This document shows, piece by piece, positions 14,201-25,499 of a stretch of 64,000 nucleotides of DNA. The position numbers and the translations under genes are program-made. Location: contig JBITNC010000001.1 of the NCBI GenBank assembly GCA_050084985.1, forward strand, positions 137,454,001-137,518,000, read 5' to 3'. Origin of the DNA: Nageia nagi. Its lineage: Eukaryota; Plantae; Pinophyta. The notes beneath the pieces were generated by a model, which was not told the DNA's origin, made no database searches, and was given only the letters and a program-made list of their open reading frames with translations. Every line of letters starts with the position of its first letter. Position 1 is the first letter of the stretch.

Positions 14201-14798
14201 GGCCACAACAAGTAGGAACTCCTCTCTACATGCGCTGATCAACCTTTGACCTTGAAGATTCTGGTAAACTTCCAACAACCAGAGCCAAATATAGTCCCCA
14301 TGTCAGGCTGTGGAATCATAGAATTCTTCAGAATATGCCAATGTGTAATCGTCCCCATATCTTCTCCAGCCAATGGTTGCTTCAATTCTAGCAGGGGAGA
14401 AATTCGTGATTATGTTTCCCTCTATGTCCTGTAGGACTTTTGTCATATTCACACTTTCTGGCTACCTCATGGAACAAGTCAGGAAAAGGTACTGCAAGAG
14501 GCATCATAGCGGCATTGAACAAGCCACATGTGTGGATGAGCTCTTCTGATAAGTACTCCTGATGGAGGCTGTGGAGGCTAATGTTTGGATAGGGTCTAAG
14601 TTTCCCAAATCTGTAACACCAACAAAGATGTGTCTCCTCTTGAATTTGGCTTCAGGGAGCCCTGGTCTCTCTCTCTCTTGAAATTCAATCAAGCTTTCTT
14701 TTGAAAGCCGGGTCATCTAGATTTTGGTTACATCTCTCAAATAGCTTGCCTTGAATCTTCTTGGACCTTAATGGAGGTAGTCTGATACTGGAAGCCAT
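11290..14798 (-). pseudogene. Degenerate ~1100-1170 aa accessory ORF inside the giant LTR
   Basis: Collinear fragments 14504-14716, 14012-14278, 13713-13970, 13303-13512, 12853-13260 continue into an acidic and coiled-coil part down to ~11290; strong peptide similarity to 31478-34297 (e.g. FTGFI.VIS.G.AIRW...DALCHQLAYFGSSKRFYMNS). Confidence 0.85.
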
Positions 14799-15047
14799 GC
14801 AAGAATGTCTGAATACCCCAAGAAATCCCTAAAGACAAATTTGGACATTGTGAAAGATGCAACAAAGCAGAATCAAACATGCAAATTTGTGTTGTAGGAT
14901 GTCTAGCACATCGAATGATAGTTGCTTCCCCCTTTTATATGAGATGCATGGAGGGTGAATGCATGGCAGGGTACATGCTTGCCACTTGTCTTCTTCTCCT
15001 CTTCACTCCTGGCTTCTCACACTTGACCAATTTCACCTTGCAATTAT

Positions 15048-16428
15048 GGGCGCAGTTTTGGATGAGTGCTTGAGCACAGCTTGAAAAGCATGCGACTAGG
15101 CCTAGAGTCACTTGTCAAATTTCAGGGCATAATTCTTCACCTCAATTGTGGGCGCATGGATCTAGATGAGTGCTTAAGCATAGTTTGAAAAGCATGCGAC
15201 TAGAATTAGGGACTACATTGAAATGCCTTAACTCAAAACAAAGCTAACTGGATGCACATCCCCTAAAACACCTTATTTCTCCCTGGCGCACTGTTTTAGA
15301 TGAGTGCAAAAAGCATGCATTAGGAATGGTTCGACTGGGGGAAAGGATGGCAAATCTGAAATGAAGTGATTAAAATGACTAAGGGGTGCGGTGATATTTA
15401 TAACATTATGAACTGCCATGTGTCACCTCTGGGTTGGTCAAACTAGGGGTCAAATGACGAAGCAAAATCAAGGGCGCATGGTTTTAAAGGAGTGCAAAAG
15501 CATGTGATGAAAAGCATGTGGCTATGCTTTTAAATACCTAGCCAAATTCCAAGTTGACACCAAAGCTTAATTCCTGGTCGCACCGTTTTGAAAAGGTGCT
15601 AAACCATGCACCTTAATCCTTGCGCCTGGCATGCTTCCCAAGACTAGAAATTCAAAAATGTCAAAAAATGCAAGTTTGATATAGGTCGCATGTTTTGGAG
15701 AGGGTGCTTTCTCTCCCTTAGTCCCACGCAATGCTCCAGAAAAATTTGCAAACTGAAATACTAAAGCTAACTTCCCTTTTATAGCCTTCCGGATAGGACA
15801 AGTGTCGCCATATGATAGGTGCAGGAGAGGGTCCAATGCATGAGTCTCCACTTGTCAACAAATTGGACCCAACACTTAGCCAATTTTCACTTCATGAATC
15901 TAGTCACACGGTTTGAGCAAGGTGCAAAAGCACTCACTGGAAAGCATGCGACCAGCCTTGGTTGTTCGAAAAAATGGCTAAGTCCTTTTCTTCCTAGTCG
16001 CATGGATAGAGTAGGGTGCAAAAGGACTCATTCGAAAACATGCGAAAGGCTTTCATGGCCTTAAAAATGACTATGTATGAGACTTCCTCCTTGGTCGCAC
16101 CCTTTGGGGTGAGTGCAAAAGCACTCACTTGAAAACATGTGACAGGTTTTCCACACAAGAAAAATGCTACATATCATTTTGGTTGAGTGCAAAAGCACTC
16201 ACTTGAAAATAGGCGACAAGCTGAAAACATGGTTTTTCTTTGCATTTTGACCAAAATGACACCAGATATGAAATGCAATGAGGGAGAGACGAGTTTCTGC
16301 AACATGAAGGACCTCCAAAAGTACAATTCTAAGACAAAAGATGCAAGTAATAAGGATGAAAATGCAGCAAGGGGCTGGTCGCACAGTTTGAGTTGGGTGC
16401 AAAAGCACTCACTCAAAAACATGTGACT
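15048..16428. repeat. Array of ~11 imperfect ~53-bp palindromes (GGTCGCA...TGC-AAAA-GCA...TGCGACC) with non-identical spacers
   Basis: Units at ~15048, 15150, 15284, 15471, 15575, 15683, 15901, 15995, 16092, 16175 (partial), 16376; the 16092 unit has the perfect inner stem gtgagtgc-aaaa-gcactcac. Confidence 0.85.
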
Positions 16429-16859
16429 GAGGGAAAATGTGCAATTCTAACCTGGCTTGACCATGAAGGAGCAATTTAAACATGTTTCCTAAAGCTAGAC
16501 CAAAACATATGCATTTCCTTTGACAAATTACTTCCATGCATTTCCTTTTTTTATTTCGAGGGTCCTCAAAATGCAAATTTTTTTTTTTTTTTTGGGGGGG
16601 GTGGGGGGGTTGTGCAGGCACAACATAGCTTCTTCTTGGATGCCCCTTGGTGTTAGAGTCCACCTTTGTTCCAATGGCCTCGTTCTATCCTCTTGTGGTC
16701 TCATGCTTGAGGCGACCTCTTCTTTGGTACTTAATGTGGTTGCCTCCAATCTCTTAATGGAAATTTTGGTTCTTATCCTCCTTGATTCCTTGAAATGTGA
16801 TTTCACAGCCTCCACTATTGAACTTGAATTGCAAGGTTGTGTGGTTGGTGGTGTAGTCT

Positions 16860-17245
16860 CCTAAGGATGCCAACCATTATACCCCTAAGATGACATGAGG
16901 TGAATCACCCAATCAAAAGATGAAGAAATCATCTTCAATAGTGTAGTCTTTCAAACTAAACTTCATATTAGGCACCTACTTCCTACAAGGTGTGATGTTT
17001 CCATTTCCAACTATCACATCAAAACCCAAAAATGGTTCGATCTTCATCTTCTTGGCGGTGGCTAGCTTCTCATAAACAAAGTTGTGGGTAGCACCCCCAT
17101 ATATCAAAACTAAAACCTTCTCTCCCAAAACTTCTCCTGAAACTTTGATAGTGAAGTATTGATTCATACCAATCAAAGTAGCTAATGTTACTCCTCTTGA
17201 TGTTGTTCGTGTAGTAGACTTTGGATTGGATCTTTGGATGTTCAT
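16860..17245 (-). pseudogene. Aspartic protease remnant (first copy) of the non-autonomous gypsy element
   Basis: TIKVSGEVLGEKVLVLIYGGATHNFV...DDFFIF*LGDSPHVILGV*WLASLG; the catalytic D is replaced by Y. Confidence 0.85.
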
Positions 17246-17314
17246 GGTTCTATATGATGGCTCATCCTCATCATATTCATCAATATCTTCATGTTCCTCA
17301 TTTGATGACTCTTC

Positions 17315-18060
17315 TTATGAAAAAACCTCAATGTAATGTATGGCTCCCTTGCCAAGGCAACAGTGACTCGATGTCCAAGGTTGTTTGCAACTAAAGCATA
17401 AATTTTTCCTTCTTAGTTCATTTCTTTCATTCCTCTCTTCCTTGGTTCTTCTTGTATATGTGATGGCAAGAGCAAGCGTGGGTTTCCCACTTGATGAATC
17501 TCTTCTTGGTGGTGACATGTCCTTCTTGAATGGTGCTCTCATGCTAGGTCTATGGTATGGTGTCACTTGCTTGGTCTTGGGAAGAGTAGAGTCTTCAAGA
17601 GTAAGAGCCCTCTTGATTACATCTTGTAGAGTAGGTGGGTCAAAGGCTTTGACCAAACCCTTCAATGGTTTCTTTAAGTCCCTCCATAAAGACGAAAGCT
17701 ATCCTCCTATCTGACACATCCGAAACCATAACTAAAACTCTTTGAAATTCTTCAACATAAGTGCCCACAGTTGTAGTTTGTTGAAGTGTGGCCATCTCTC
17801 TAAAGTATTCTTCCTCATATTTCCTTTCAAACCTGTCAAGAACCCTTTTGCAAAATTCTTCAAAGTCCCCAATCTTGTCATGACCCAATGTGGTGAAGCC
17901 ATTGTGCCACCACTCATATGCTATGCCATCAAGGTAAAGGGAGACAAATTTGATTGCATCCATTTCTTTCATAGGGCAAAGAGTGAAGTAAGTTTGAAGC
18001 TTTTGTATCCAAGCCATGGTGTTTTCCCTATTTCACCATTGATAAATGGGAACATTAGAT
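17315..18060 (-). pseudogene. gag: Ty3/gypsy (chromovirus-type) gag with zinc-knuckle remnant
   Basis: AWIQKLQTYF...AYEWW...LQQTTTVGTYVEEF...FMEGLK (Retrotrans_gag-like) and ELRRKNLCFSCKQPWTSSHCC; frameshifted. Confidence 0.9.
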
Positions 18061-18103
18061 TAGGATTACTTCTGCTTATTTTAGGAGTATTTGGCTGATT
18101 AAT

Positions 18104-18960
18104 TGTAAGTTCCACTTGGAGAGTAGTTTAGTACTCCAATTATGGAATGTTGGACCGTTATTTAGCGTATTATGTACATTTGAGTGTCTAATTATGCCAA
18201 TAATGATGTATTTATGATACCAAGGCCATTGTAATTGTAAATGCAATATTAGTCTCCAGTAATGAAGCGTTGCATATTCCTAGCCTTGATGATTGTAATA
18301 TTGACATTAGATGGTCCTTTTGTCATTAATGCTACCCTCTTCGAAGTAGAGCATCCATCTAGGTGTTTACACCAACTTCGAGGCACTATGAAGACTCCTA
18401 TGCTTGGATGGGGCACATTTGGCATCCCAAGACATCAAATGGCTCCCGCACTTGGACATTGGGCTTGTGAGGGCATCTAGACCCCCTATGTTGAGCATTA
18501 GGCATCCCTAGGAACCCACATCACACTCTTGGAGGTTTGCTAGCTTGAGCGTTGATACCGAAGCACATGGAAGTATCCCCTTGTCCAACGTTGGCATTAT
18601 TGGCCCTTGGATGTGATTACTCTCATCCCTAGGCATCCTATCTTAGACGTTGGCATTGAGAGCACACGGATCACTCTTGTAAGCCATTGGATCAACTCAA
18701 CTCGAGATTGGAAGATGAACCAACTCGCCTATAAAAGGAGGATTCCTGGAACACATGAGATATGTTGAATTGATAATTAAAACCCCCTTCTATCAGATTG
18801 AGTGTGAGAATTCTATCTCTACCACATGTAGGCGCCAATATGCATTTGAAGTCTTGAAGCGATTGAAGGCTAGCCTCTTGCTTACTCCAGTCATTCGAGA
18901 GAGGAACTCTGGTTGTTCCATCATTAAAGAGGTAAGGAACTCTGGGCTTGACCTTGCCGC
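18104..18960 (+). mobile_element. Truncated LTR related to the 45199-46173 and 47794-48891 family
   Basis: Starts tgtaagttcc; 18240-18285 matches the reverse complement of 45985-46030; short ggcatcc/gacccc repeats; cctataaaagg at ~18728. Confidence 0.55.
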
Positions 18961-19070
18961 TGCTGAAATTAGTGAGGCCCTAGAGCCATCTACAATAACC
19001 CTATTGGAAGAAACCCTAGTATAAGCTCCTTAGGTACCAAAAATACCATCACAAAAGCATAAGCCAATCC

Positions 19071-19452
19071 AGATCACTACATCCTAGGCAAACCTTGGAG
19101 TTCAATTTACAAGTTCCTCCATCAATCTTAGGCTTGCTTCACACTAATGAATATGCAATATACATGTTTCCCTCTCAACTTTAAAAGCCTATGTCCTAGA
19201 CACATGCTCTAGACATTCCTACATGTTCAAGAATCAATACAAAGAAACAATTCCTCTTTCAATCATCTTTATAAATGAGCCGATTGAGATCACTACATCC
19301 CAGGCATACTTGGGAGAACAATTTACAAGTTCTCTCAATCTAAAGCTCACTCACTCTCATGAATATGCAAGGGACATGTTTCTCTCTCTACTTTAAAAGC
19401 CAAAGTCCTAGATACAAGTTCAAGAGATTCCTCAATGTTTAATACAAAAGAA
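19071..19452. repeat. Two-copy tandem repeat (~217 bp period)
   Basis: agatcactacatccYaggca...aatttacaagtt...ctttaaaagcc...gtcctaga at 19071 and ~19287. Confidence 0.85.
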
Positions 19453-20151
19453 CAGTTTACCTTCTATGAGACCCTAGTAAGATCCTGTAGCTTATCCTAA
19501 AAGGCTAAAACTCAAGATGGTCATTTTTTGTCTTTTTATGACCAAAACTAAAGGTATTTAGATTTGTATATTTGAACAGCAATGACTCATAGAAAATCAA
19601 CCATGAAGGAGGTGTTAGAAGAACTAAATGTCTTTTAAAGCTTCTACTACCCAAGTTACTACTAATATTAGTTCTGAAATACCATGTATTTTGTATTATG
19701 CCTTAGTTTCTCTATTTTTAGTCTTTTTCTTATTGGCTTTAGTGCCCCCTTTGGGCACAATTCAGAATTTTATTCACTTATTTCTTGAGAGTTCCACAGA
19801 CCTATTTCTGTTACTCGTAGACATTAAATGAAAATTGCCTCATTCATACTTTCTTCTTATCAAATCTCTGTTCCCTATGACATGTATTTCTGATCTCACA
19901 ATTTAAAAATTTTCCATCATAAGCATTGAATACCCTGTATCAATATCCAATTTATGCACTTTCCCAGGCAAAATTTTAGGCCCTGAATATGGAAATTTAG
20001 TCTAGGTCTTATTAAAAAAGCTTGTTTCATATTTCCTTTATATATACTCACTTGTGTTCTTTAAGATTGTGAATCATCTCTCTTTCTACAGCCCAATTTG
20101 AATTTTTCTTTATTCACTGAACCATCATCTTTCCCTATACCAAATTTTAAT

Positions 20152-22705
20152 TTTTTTGTAAGTAAAAAAAAAATATGTATTAATTTATTGGAATATCAAA
20201 GTACATCTCCTGCCTTTTCAGGCATAAAGTATTTTGAGCCATGTTTTAACAGTGGATGTGGGAATATGCTCCCTCGCATCAAAACTACTACAACATAATA
20301 AGCATAAAAGAAGCCATGCAAAGCAATAACAACTGGATCTACATGCAGCAAGTATTACTGTCATCAAAGGAGAAAATTGAAAAGAGAGTTCCGCTGATCC
20401 ACTAAGACTACCATCTAGGAGGATGTCCATAACAAGTGAAGTCACCTTTGTTGAAAGCCCAGTTAGCCATTGCATCTACCACCCTATTCTCTTGTCAAGG
20501 AATGTGCATAAATTCAACTGAGTTGAATCTCTGCTGAGTCAGCTGATTTTTTTCCACCACTCTTCCTTCTCTCTAATCTATATTCTTCTGATTGTGTTTC
20601 CCTAACAAGTGATTTATCAGGGACTCTGATCCAGATGAATTTTTCTCTAGCCCAGTTTCATGGCTTCATGTAATCCACTCAAAATAGCATAACCCTCTGC
20701 CAAGTTATTAGTTAGAGTACCTACATACTCTGAAAAGAGAAAAAGAGAACCATTCGAGAGTCGGCCTATTCCCCCATACTCGCTTTCCCTGGATTCCCCA
20801 TTGAAGCTCCATCTGTATTTATCTTTCCAATTCCTCCTAGGGGGGTCTCCATTTCCCAGTTCTGTTAATTCTGTGGCCATTTGTGGTTGTCCTTTGTGGT
20901 GTAGCCAGCATTAGGGTAACTTGAAGTCAGGATAATATCTCTATCCACTTTTGGCTAGGGTTCTAGGGGTGATTCAACAGATGTTGGATTGTTTCTATTA
21001 TGTTGGCTATTGCCAAACATAGTAGTTGTCCCTATGCTCTTGGTTAAAAATTCTGTTATTCCTTTCCTTCCATAGATTCCACACAAGGAAAGTCGTACCC
21101 GTTCAAATTAATTGTCTAGTATATTGATCACCTTGTTCCTACTTAACCCATTCCATCCATGGGTGCTCAATGAATGAGATTCTAGACCATTGAATACCTA
21201 GTATGGCTGCCAAGTTCTTACACAATTTAATTGTGATAGAACATTCTACAAAGAGGTGGCAAATTGTTTCCTCATACTTCCAACACATTGCACACCTAAA
21301 AGGCCCATGGATCCCTTTTTTCATATGTTGTTTACCTATTAGCACTCTTCTGTGAAGTAGAAGCCATATAAACAAATGCACTTTAGGCCATAGCTTTTGT
21401 GCCCATAGCTGCTTGAAAAAATCTTTTAGTGGGCTGGGGTTGCTTTGTCAAAGAGACGAGTATCTAGAGGACACTATATACTTTACTTCTTTCTCCCCCA
21501 TCCAATGGAGTCCTCCTCCTGAGACATGAAAGGGATCTCATCTAGAGTATCATATACATTTCTTCCCTCTATACCTCTGAGGTTTGAACTGGTCATTTCA
21601 CTACTGGAATCTGTTGTCTTTCTACCTCCCAAATCTTAGTTTGAGGTTTGTAGAAGTTTGCTACCTTTACCCAATTGGTATTCAAGAGATTCTCCATAAC
21701 TAACCCACAAATTAGTTCAGAAGTTTGCCTTCTATCCATTGTGGATCACCCAGAATCGTCATTTCTTTATCATTTCCTCCCCTGTTCTTAGTACCACTAG
21801 GATACGGGATCCTCTGTTGGGTAGTGGATAACAAATGAGCTCTACCGGGGTTTTATTTTCAGCATATCTCACCCTAAGATTCTTTGCCCATAATGCCTCA
21901 AACGAATTCAACAGTCTTTAGTATAATTTAGCAGCCAATGCCTTGTTCTTTTTGGTTGCTGAGCAGAATCCTAAACCTCCCTCCTTTTTGTGAATTCATA
22001 AGCAATCCCATTTTAATAGTGCATTCATCCTTCGCTCCATTCCAAAGAAATCTATGGCTAATTTGATCTAATTCTTTTAAGATCACCTTTGGAATGTCAG
22101 GAGATATAAATGGGAATTGCCAAGAGAACTGCTTTGACCAAAGTCATCCTCCCTCCTATGGAAAACCATCTATTCATTCATTTTCCTAATTTGGCTTTTA
22201 CTTTTTCTGTCAGCCAAGCCTATTCCTCCTCCTTTTGCCTTCCTTCTTTTAGAGGCATGCCAAGATAGGTGATTGGAAGAGAGGCTTTCTTATATCTCAA
22301 TTTCTCTCAAACTATAGTTAGAAAAATCGGAATCAGATCAGAATCGTTTGGTTGCAGGATTCTGGTTTTTTGAAAAATTGGACAAAATCAGCAAAAAAAA
22401 ATGAAGGAATTTCTTCGGTTTTAGCTAAATCTCAAAATATCTCAAAAAATCGGATAAAATCGGCCAAAAAAGGGGATAAAATCGGCAAAAAATCATTGAC
22501 CGATTCAATGCTGATTTTTTAGCGAAAAATCACGATTTTTTGCTAGTAAAATCGAAATCGGAAAAAATCAGATAAACACTTATTTAAAAAAAATCAGATC
22601 CGATTCGAATCAGATCGTTTGCTTGAACCGATTCCGATTTTATCCGATTCCGATCCGATTTTTCCAACTATGTCTCAAACCATTGTCTTTTGCCTAGGAG
22701 AACTC
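20152..22705 (-). mobile_element. 5'-truncated L1-clade LINE (RT C-terminus, zf-RVT, RNase H, A-rich tail)
   Basis: SLPITYLGMPL...IGGRMTLVKAVL...RFLWNG; HLFIWLLLHRRVL..FRCAMC...ETICHLFVEC; TNNLAEGYAILSGL; FMHIP*QENRVVDAMAN; minus-strand AATAAA and A-run ending near 20152. Confidence 0.9.
22313..22672. mobile_element. hAT-type MITE inserted in the LINE
   Basis: TIRs (c/t)atagttRgaaaaatcgg / ccgatttttccaactatg; perfect 8-bp TSD tctcaaac (22305-22312, 22673-22680); subterminal aatcgg repeats. Confidence 0.92.
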
Positions 22706-22759
22706 AATTTTATAATTTCGTAAGATCCAAGTTAGATGAAGGAGTATATTTATGACAAT

Positions 22760-23720
22760 TAACACACATGTTAAGACAGAGACTGTTACAAGAGAGTATT
22801 AATAATACAAACATTTAACATTTACCCTACGGTGTTATGAGTGCCAACAAGAGGGACATTTGAAGAAGAATTGTTTGCGTACCCAGCAAAGCTCGACCAT
22901 GAAGGATAAGGTCCTGAATGCATAAACGATGCAAAACCCAAAGGCGAGGAGCATCCAACAAAATCCAAAGGTGCATTGTGAGACTAAAAGAATTTTTGTT
23001 ATGGACTCCCAGCAGAAAAAACATCAGACCAATGTGGAATAAAGTAACGTATCTGGTGAGTACTTAGTCCTGACAACTACTCAAAAGGCTTCTACAATTT
23101 GCTTTGGGGAAAAGAAGGAACCAGTGACAAAAAAAGAGGATTCTCATTCGGAGAATGATAGGGTTCAATCACCAGATAAAACTATTCCGATTGTAAAATT
23201 AAAAATACATCTCGACTAAAGAAAGTCAGTTTTCTCAAAAAATTGTTGTAGAACGGAAAAAAGATTCGGTCCAGCCAAACAAAAATGTGGAACAAGCTAC
23301 ATCACCTAGATCCAAAAGTAGGGTTGTTTCTCAAAAAAATGTGCTTGACACTGATTATGAAATCATCAATGAGCACCAGCCAACTGAAAAGGAAGGCTCT
23401 GTTGATCAAACAACCATTAGATACTACCTTAGAAGCTTAAAATGCAAAAGTGCTTTCTCAGATTTACCCAAGGTGAAAGAAGAGGAACCATTGGTGCAGG
23501 AAAATAATAAGCGCAGGATATAAACTCAATCTGCAGCAAAGTCCTCAAGAGCTACGGTTATTGATGGAAGGTGTCTGTAGCATGCAAGATACTTTGGGAA
23601 TTAGTAAATTCCTGACCAATATGGTGATGGTATAAAATAAGGCTCATATGTAATATCCTGAATATCAATTTTTTGTAAATAACGGTTTTGGGTCCCTGTA
23701 TAAAAAACCTTTTTAATAAA
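22760..23720 (+). mobile_element. LINE ORF1-like fragment (CCHC knuckle plus low-complexity tail) ending in a LINE-like 3' tail, with no ORF2
   Basis: LP/LRCYECQQEGHLKKNC at ~22825-22875; decayed frame continues through ORF 23287-23523; ends ggttttgggtccctgtataaaaaacctttttaataaa. Confidence 0.55.
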
Positions 23721-23943
23721 TTTACCATTGACCATTTAACATTAACTTCTATGATGAATTACCACAATGAATGCTCAAAGATACAATCATATATTTTTAT
23801 TTGGGAAAAAATACATTAAACATTTGCTTTATCATCATGAAACATACATTTTCACAATTTGCTTAAATAGCTTTATGGTCAAACATAACTAACAGGATGA
23901 ATTTTTTTCATGTTTTCCAAAGTTTGAAATGCTTAGTTTAATT

Positions 23944-24540
23944 CAATGTTTAGAAAAATGGTGATTAAACATGTTTTTCAAATCTGATATTTTTTGTTAA
24001 TAAATCGTCATTTTGTTTTTGGAAAAAAAAGGTGAATTTTTCTGCAATACAAAAAGATGCGATTAAATGACAAAAAGTCATGATTTTTCCCCAAAAAGGT
24101 GAATCACTTAACAGGAAAAAAAATGTATTTTGTTAAGGCTGCTTGATCGTCATTTTCTTGACAAAAAATGCAATGTTTTGCACAAAAACATGCAACTTTG
24201 TGGGCAGAATGATAAAAGTGTGGAAATGACATACATTTTGCAGATAACTTTTTATTTCATAGGTTTTTGTGTATATTGATGTTATGATTTATGAACATGA
24301 ATTATGATCCACTATCATTTTCTTTAAATTTATGTCATGAATGTGTTGTTGGATGACATGGCCCATATGGAAATGTTTTCTGTTAATTAGATAAGCATAT
24401 TCTATGAAAAATATAAAAAAATTGCAACTCTTTTGTTTTTTTAATGTGCCACAATTTTTTCCTAACTTTTTCGATTTTATGCTGATTTTTAAAATTTGGC
24501 CTAAAGCCCCTTTTTGTCATTCATGTTTTTTTAAACATTG
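23944..24540. mobile_element. hAT-type MITE (second family)
   Basis: TIRs caatgtttagaaaaa / ttttttaaacattg; 8-bp TSD gtttaatt/ctttaatt (7 of 8 match). Confidence 0.8.
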
Positions 24541-25199
24541 CTTTAATTACTGAAAATTTCCCTAAAAGAATGTGTTAATAGTTTTCTCTTATTCTACAGA
24601 TACTGTATCTTTTGCATTGCCGATTGACATATTTCAATGATTTTCTCCATGGAATTTATTCTGAGTATGGTTGCATTTTTTGATAGGATTTCTCATATGT
24701 GCTAAATTTAACCTACTTATAAGCATCTTCTTATGTTTAAGAACAATTTTGGGCTTCATTTTAGATTAAGTGACCACATTTTTCTCCTTAACATCACATT
24801 TATTGCAACATATACTACTTTCTGAACACACGATTCATCTTTTCATTTTTTTCTCATGTCCTAGAATGTTGTTTTATTCTCAATGTAATTTGTATGTCTA
24901 CATATCTTGTATTTCCCTCCCTCAGGAAGGAGGCAAAATTTTAAGAAACATTTTTACTTAATAAACTAGTTGGTATATTATAATATTGCAAAAAAAGAAG
25001 AAATACAAGTATTATTAACAATAAAGAAAAACATATTGGTTTTTATAAATACTTGTAAATCATAAAAAATCATGTAATTGTTAAACATTTCATGTAAGCA
25101 CTTGTTTAATGTGCTTCGGAAAAATTGTAAAATACTGAACCTAATTTTTTGAAAAAAATCATGAGAAATAGGCCAAGTGGTAAAAAGGCCAAATATTTT

Positions 25200-25376
25200 T
25201 CATATATAATAGTGTAGGGTCTTGCCTACCTCTTTTCTAATGCACTTAGATTTGCTTCTCCTTGATAATTTTCTGAAAAGACCACTGAATTTCTGTCTGA
25301 CAGCTACCCAATGCATCCTGTGAACCTCAAACTTTCCTGCATTTGAATAGCTACCATACTTCACAAATAATCGCAC
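25200..25376 (-). CDS. Host gene, last exon found in this window (AT5G16520-like membrane protein)
   Basis: Acceptor attgcag|GTG, phase 0; VRLFVKYGSY...KCIRKE. It either splices at AG|gtaggc (exon end 25230) or reads on to TGA at 25200. Matches the recalled LRRYVAYTW segment of the family. Confidence 0.75.
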   Translation of the reverse strand: MRLFVKYGSYSNAGKFEVHRMHWVAVRQKFSGLFRKLSRRSKSKCIRKEVGKTLHYYI

Positions 25377-25499
25377 CTGCAATAAGTTATATCAATAGGT
25401 TAACATCCACAAATAATTAAAACCGTATATTCATCCTAGTAGAAAGATACACATCAAGGTAAGAGTTCTTCTTGACTCAATAGCAATCTAAAGCACAAA

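Larger units (their letters stand above)
9898..16625 (-). mobile_element. Giant (6.73 kb) solo-LTR-like element carrying an internal ORF
   Basis: Termini TGTTG...CAACA; 5-bp TSD tacct/tagct (9893-9897, 16626-16630); it interrupts the linker of another element; no gag/pol, PBS or PPT found inside; second copy at 29490-35819. Confidence 0.85.

Noticed and set aside
15048-16428. CRISPR array (palindromic repeats with variable spacers)
   Set aside because: Eukaryotic retroelement context; repeats are degenerate and ~53 bp, spacer lengths are irregular, and there are no cas-like ORFs.
19020-19480. PBS and 5' LTR partner of the 7012-8099 LTR
   Set aside because: A degenerate minus-strand PBS-like taggtacca is present at ~19030, but the following sequence does not match 7012-8099 and no gccta TSD was found.
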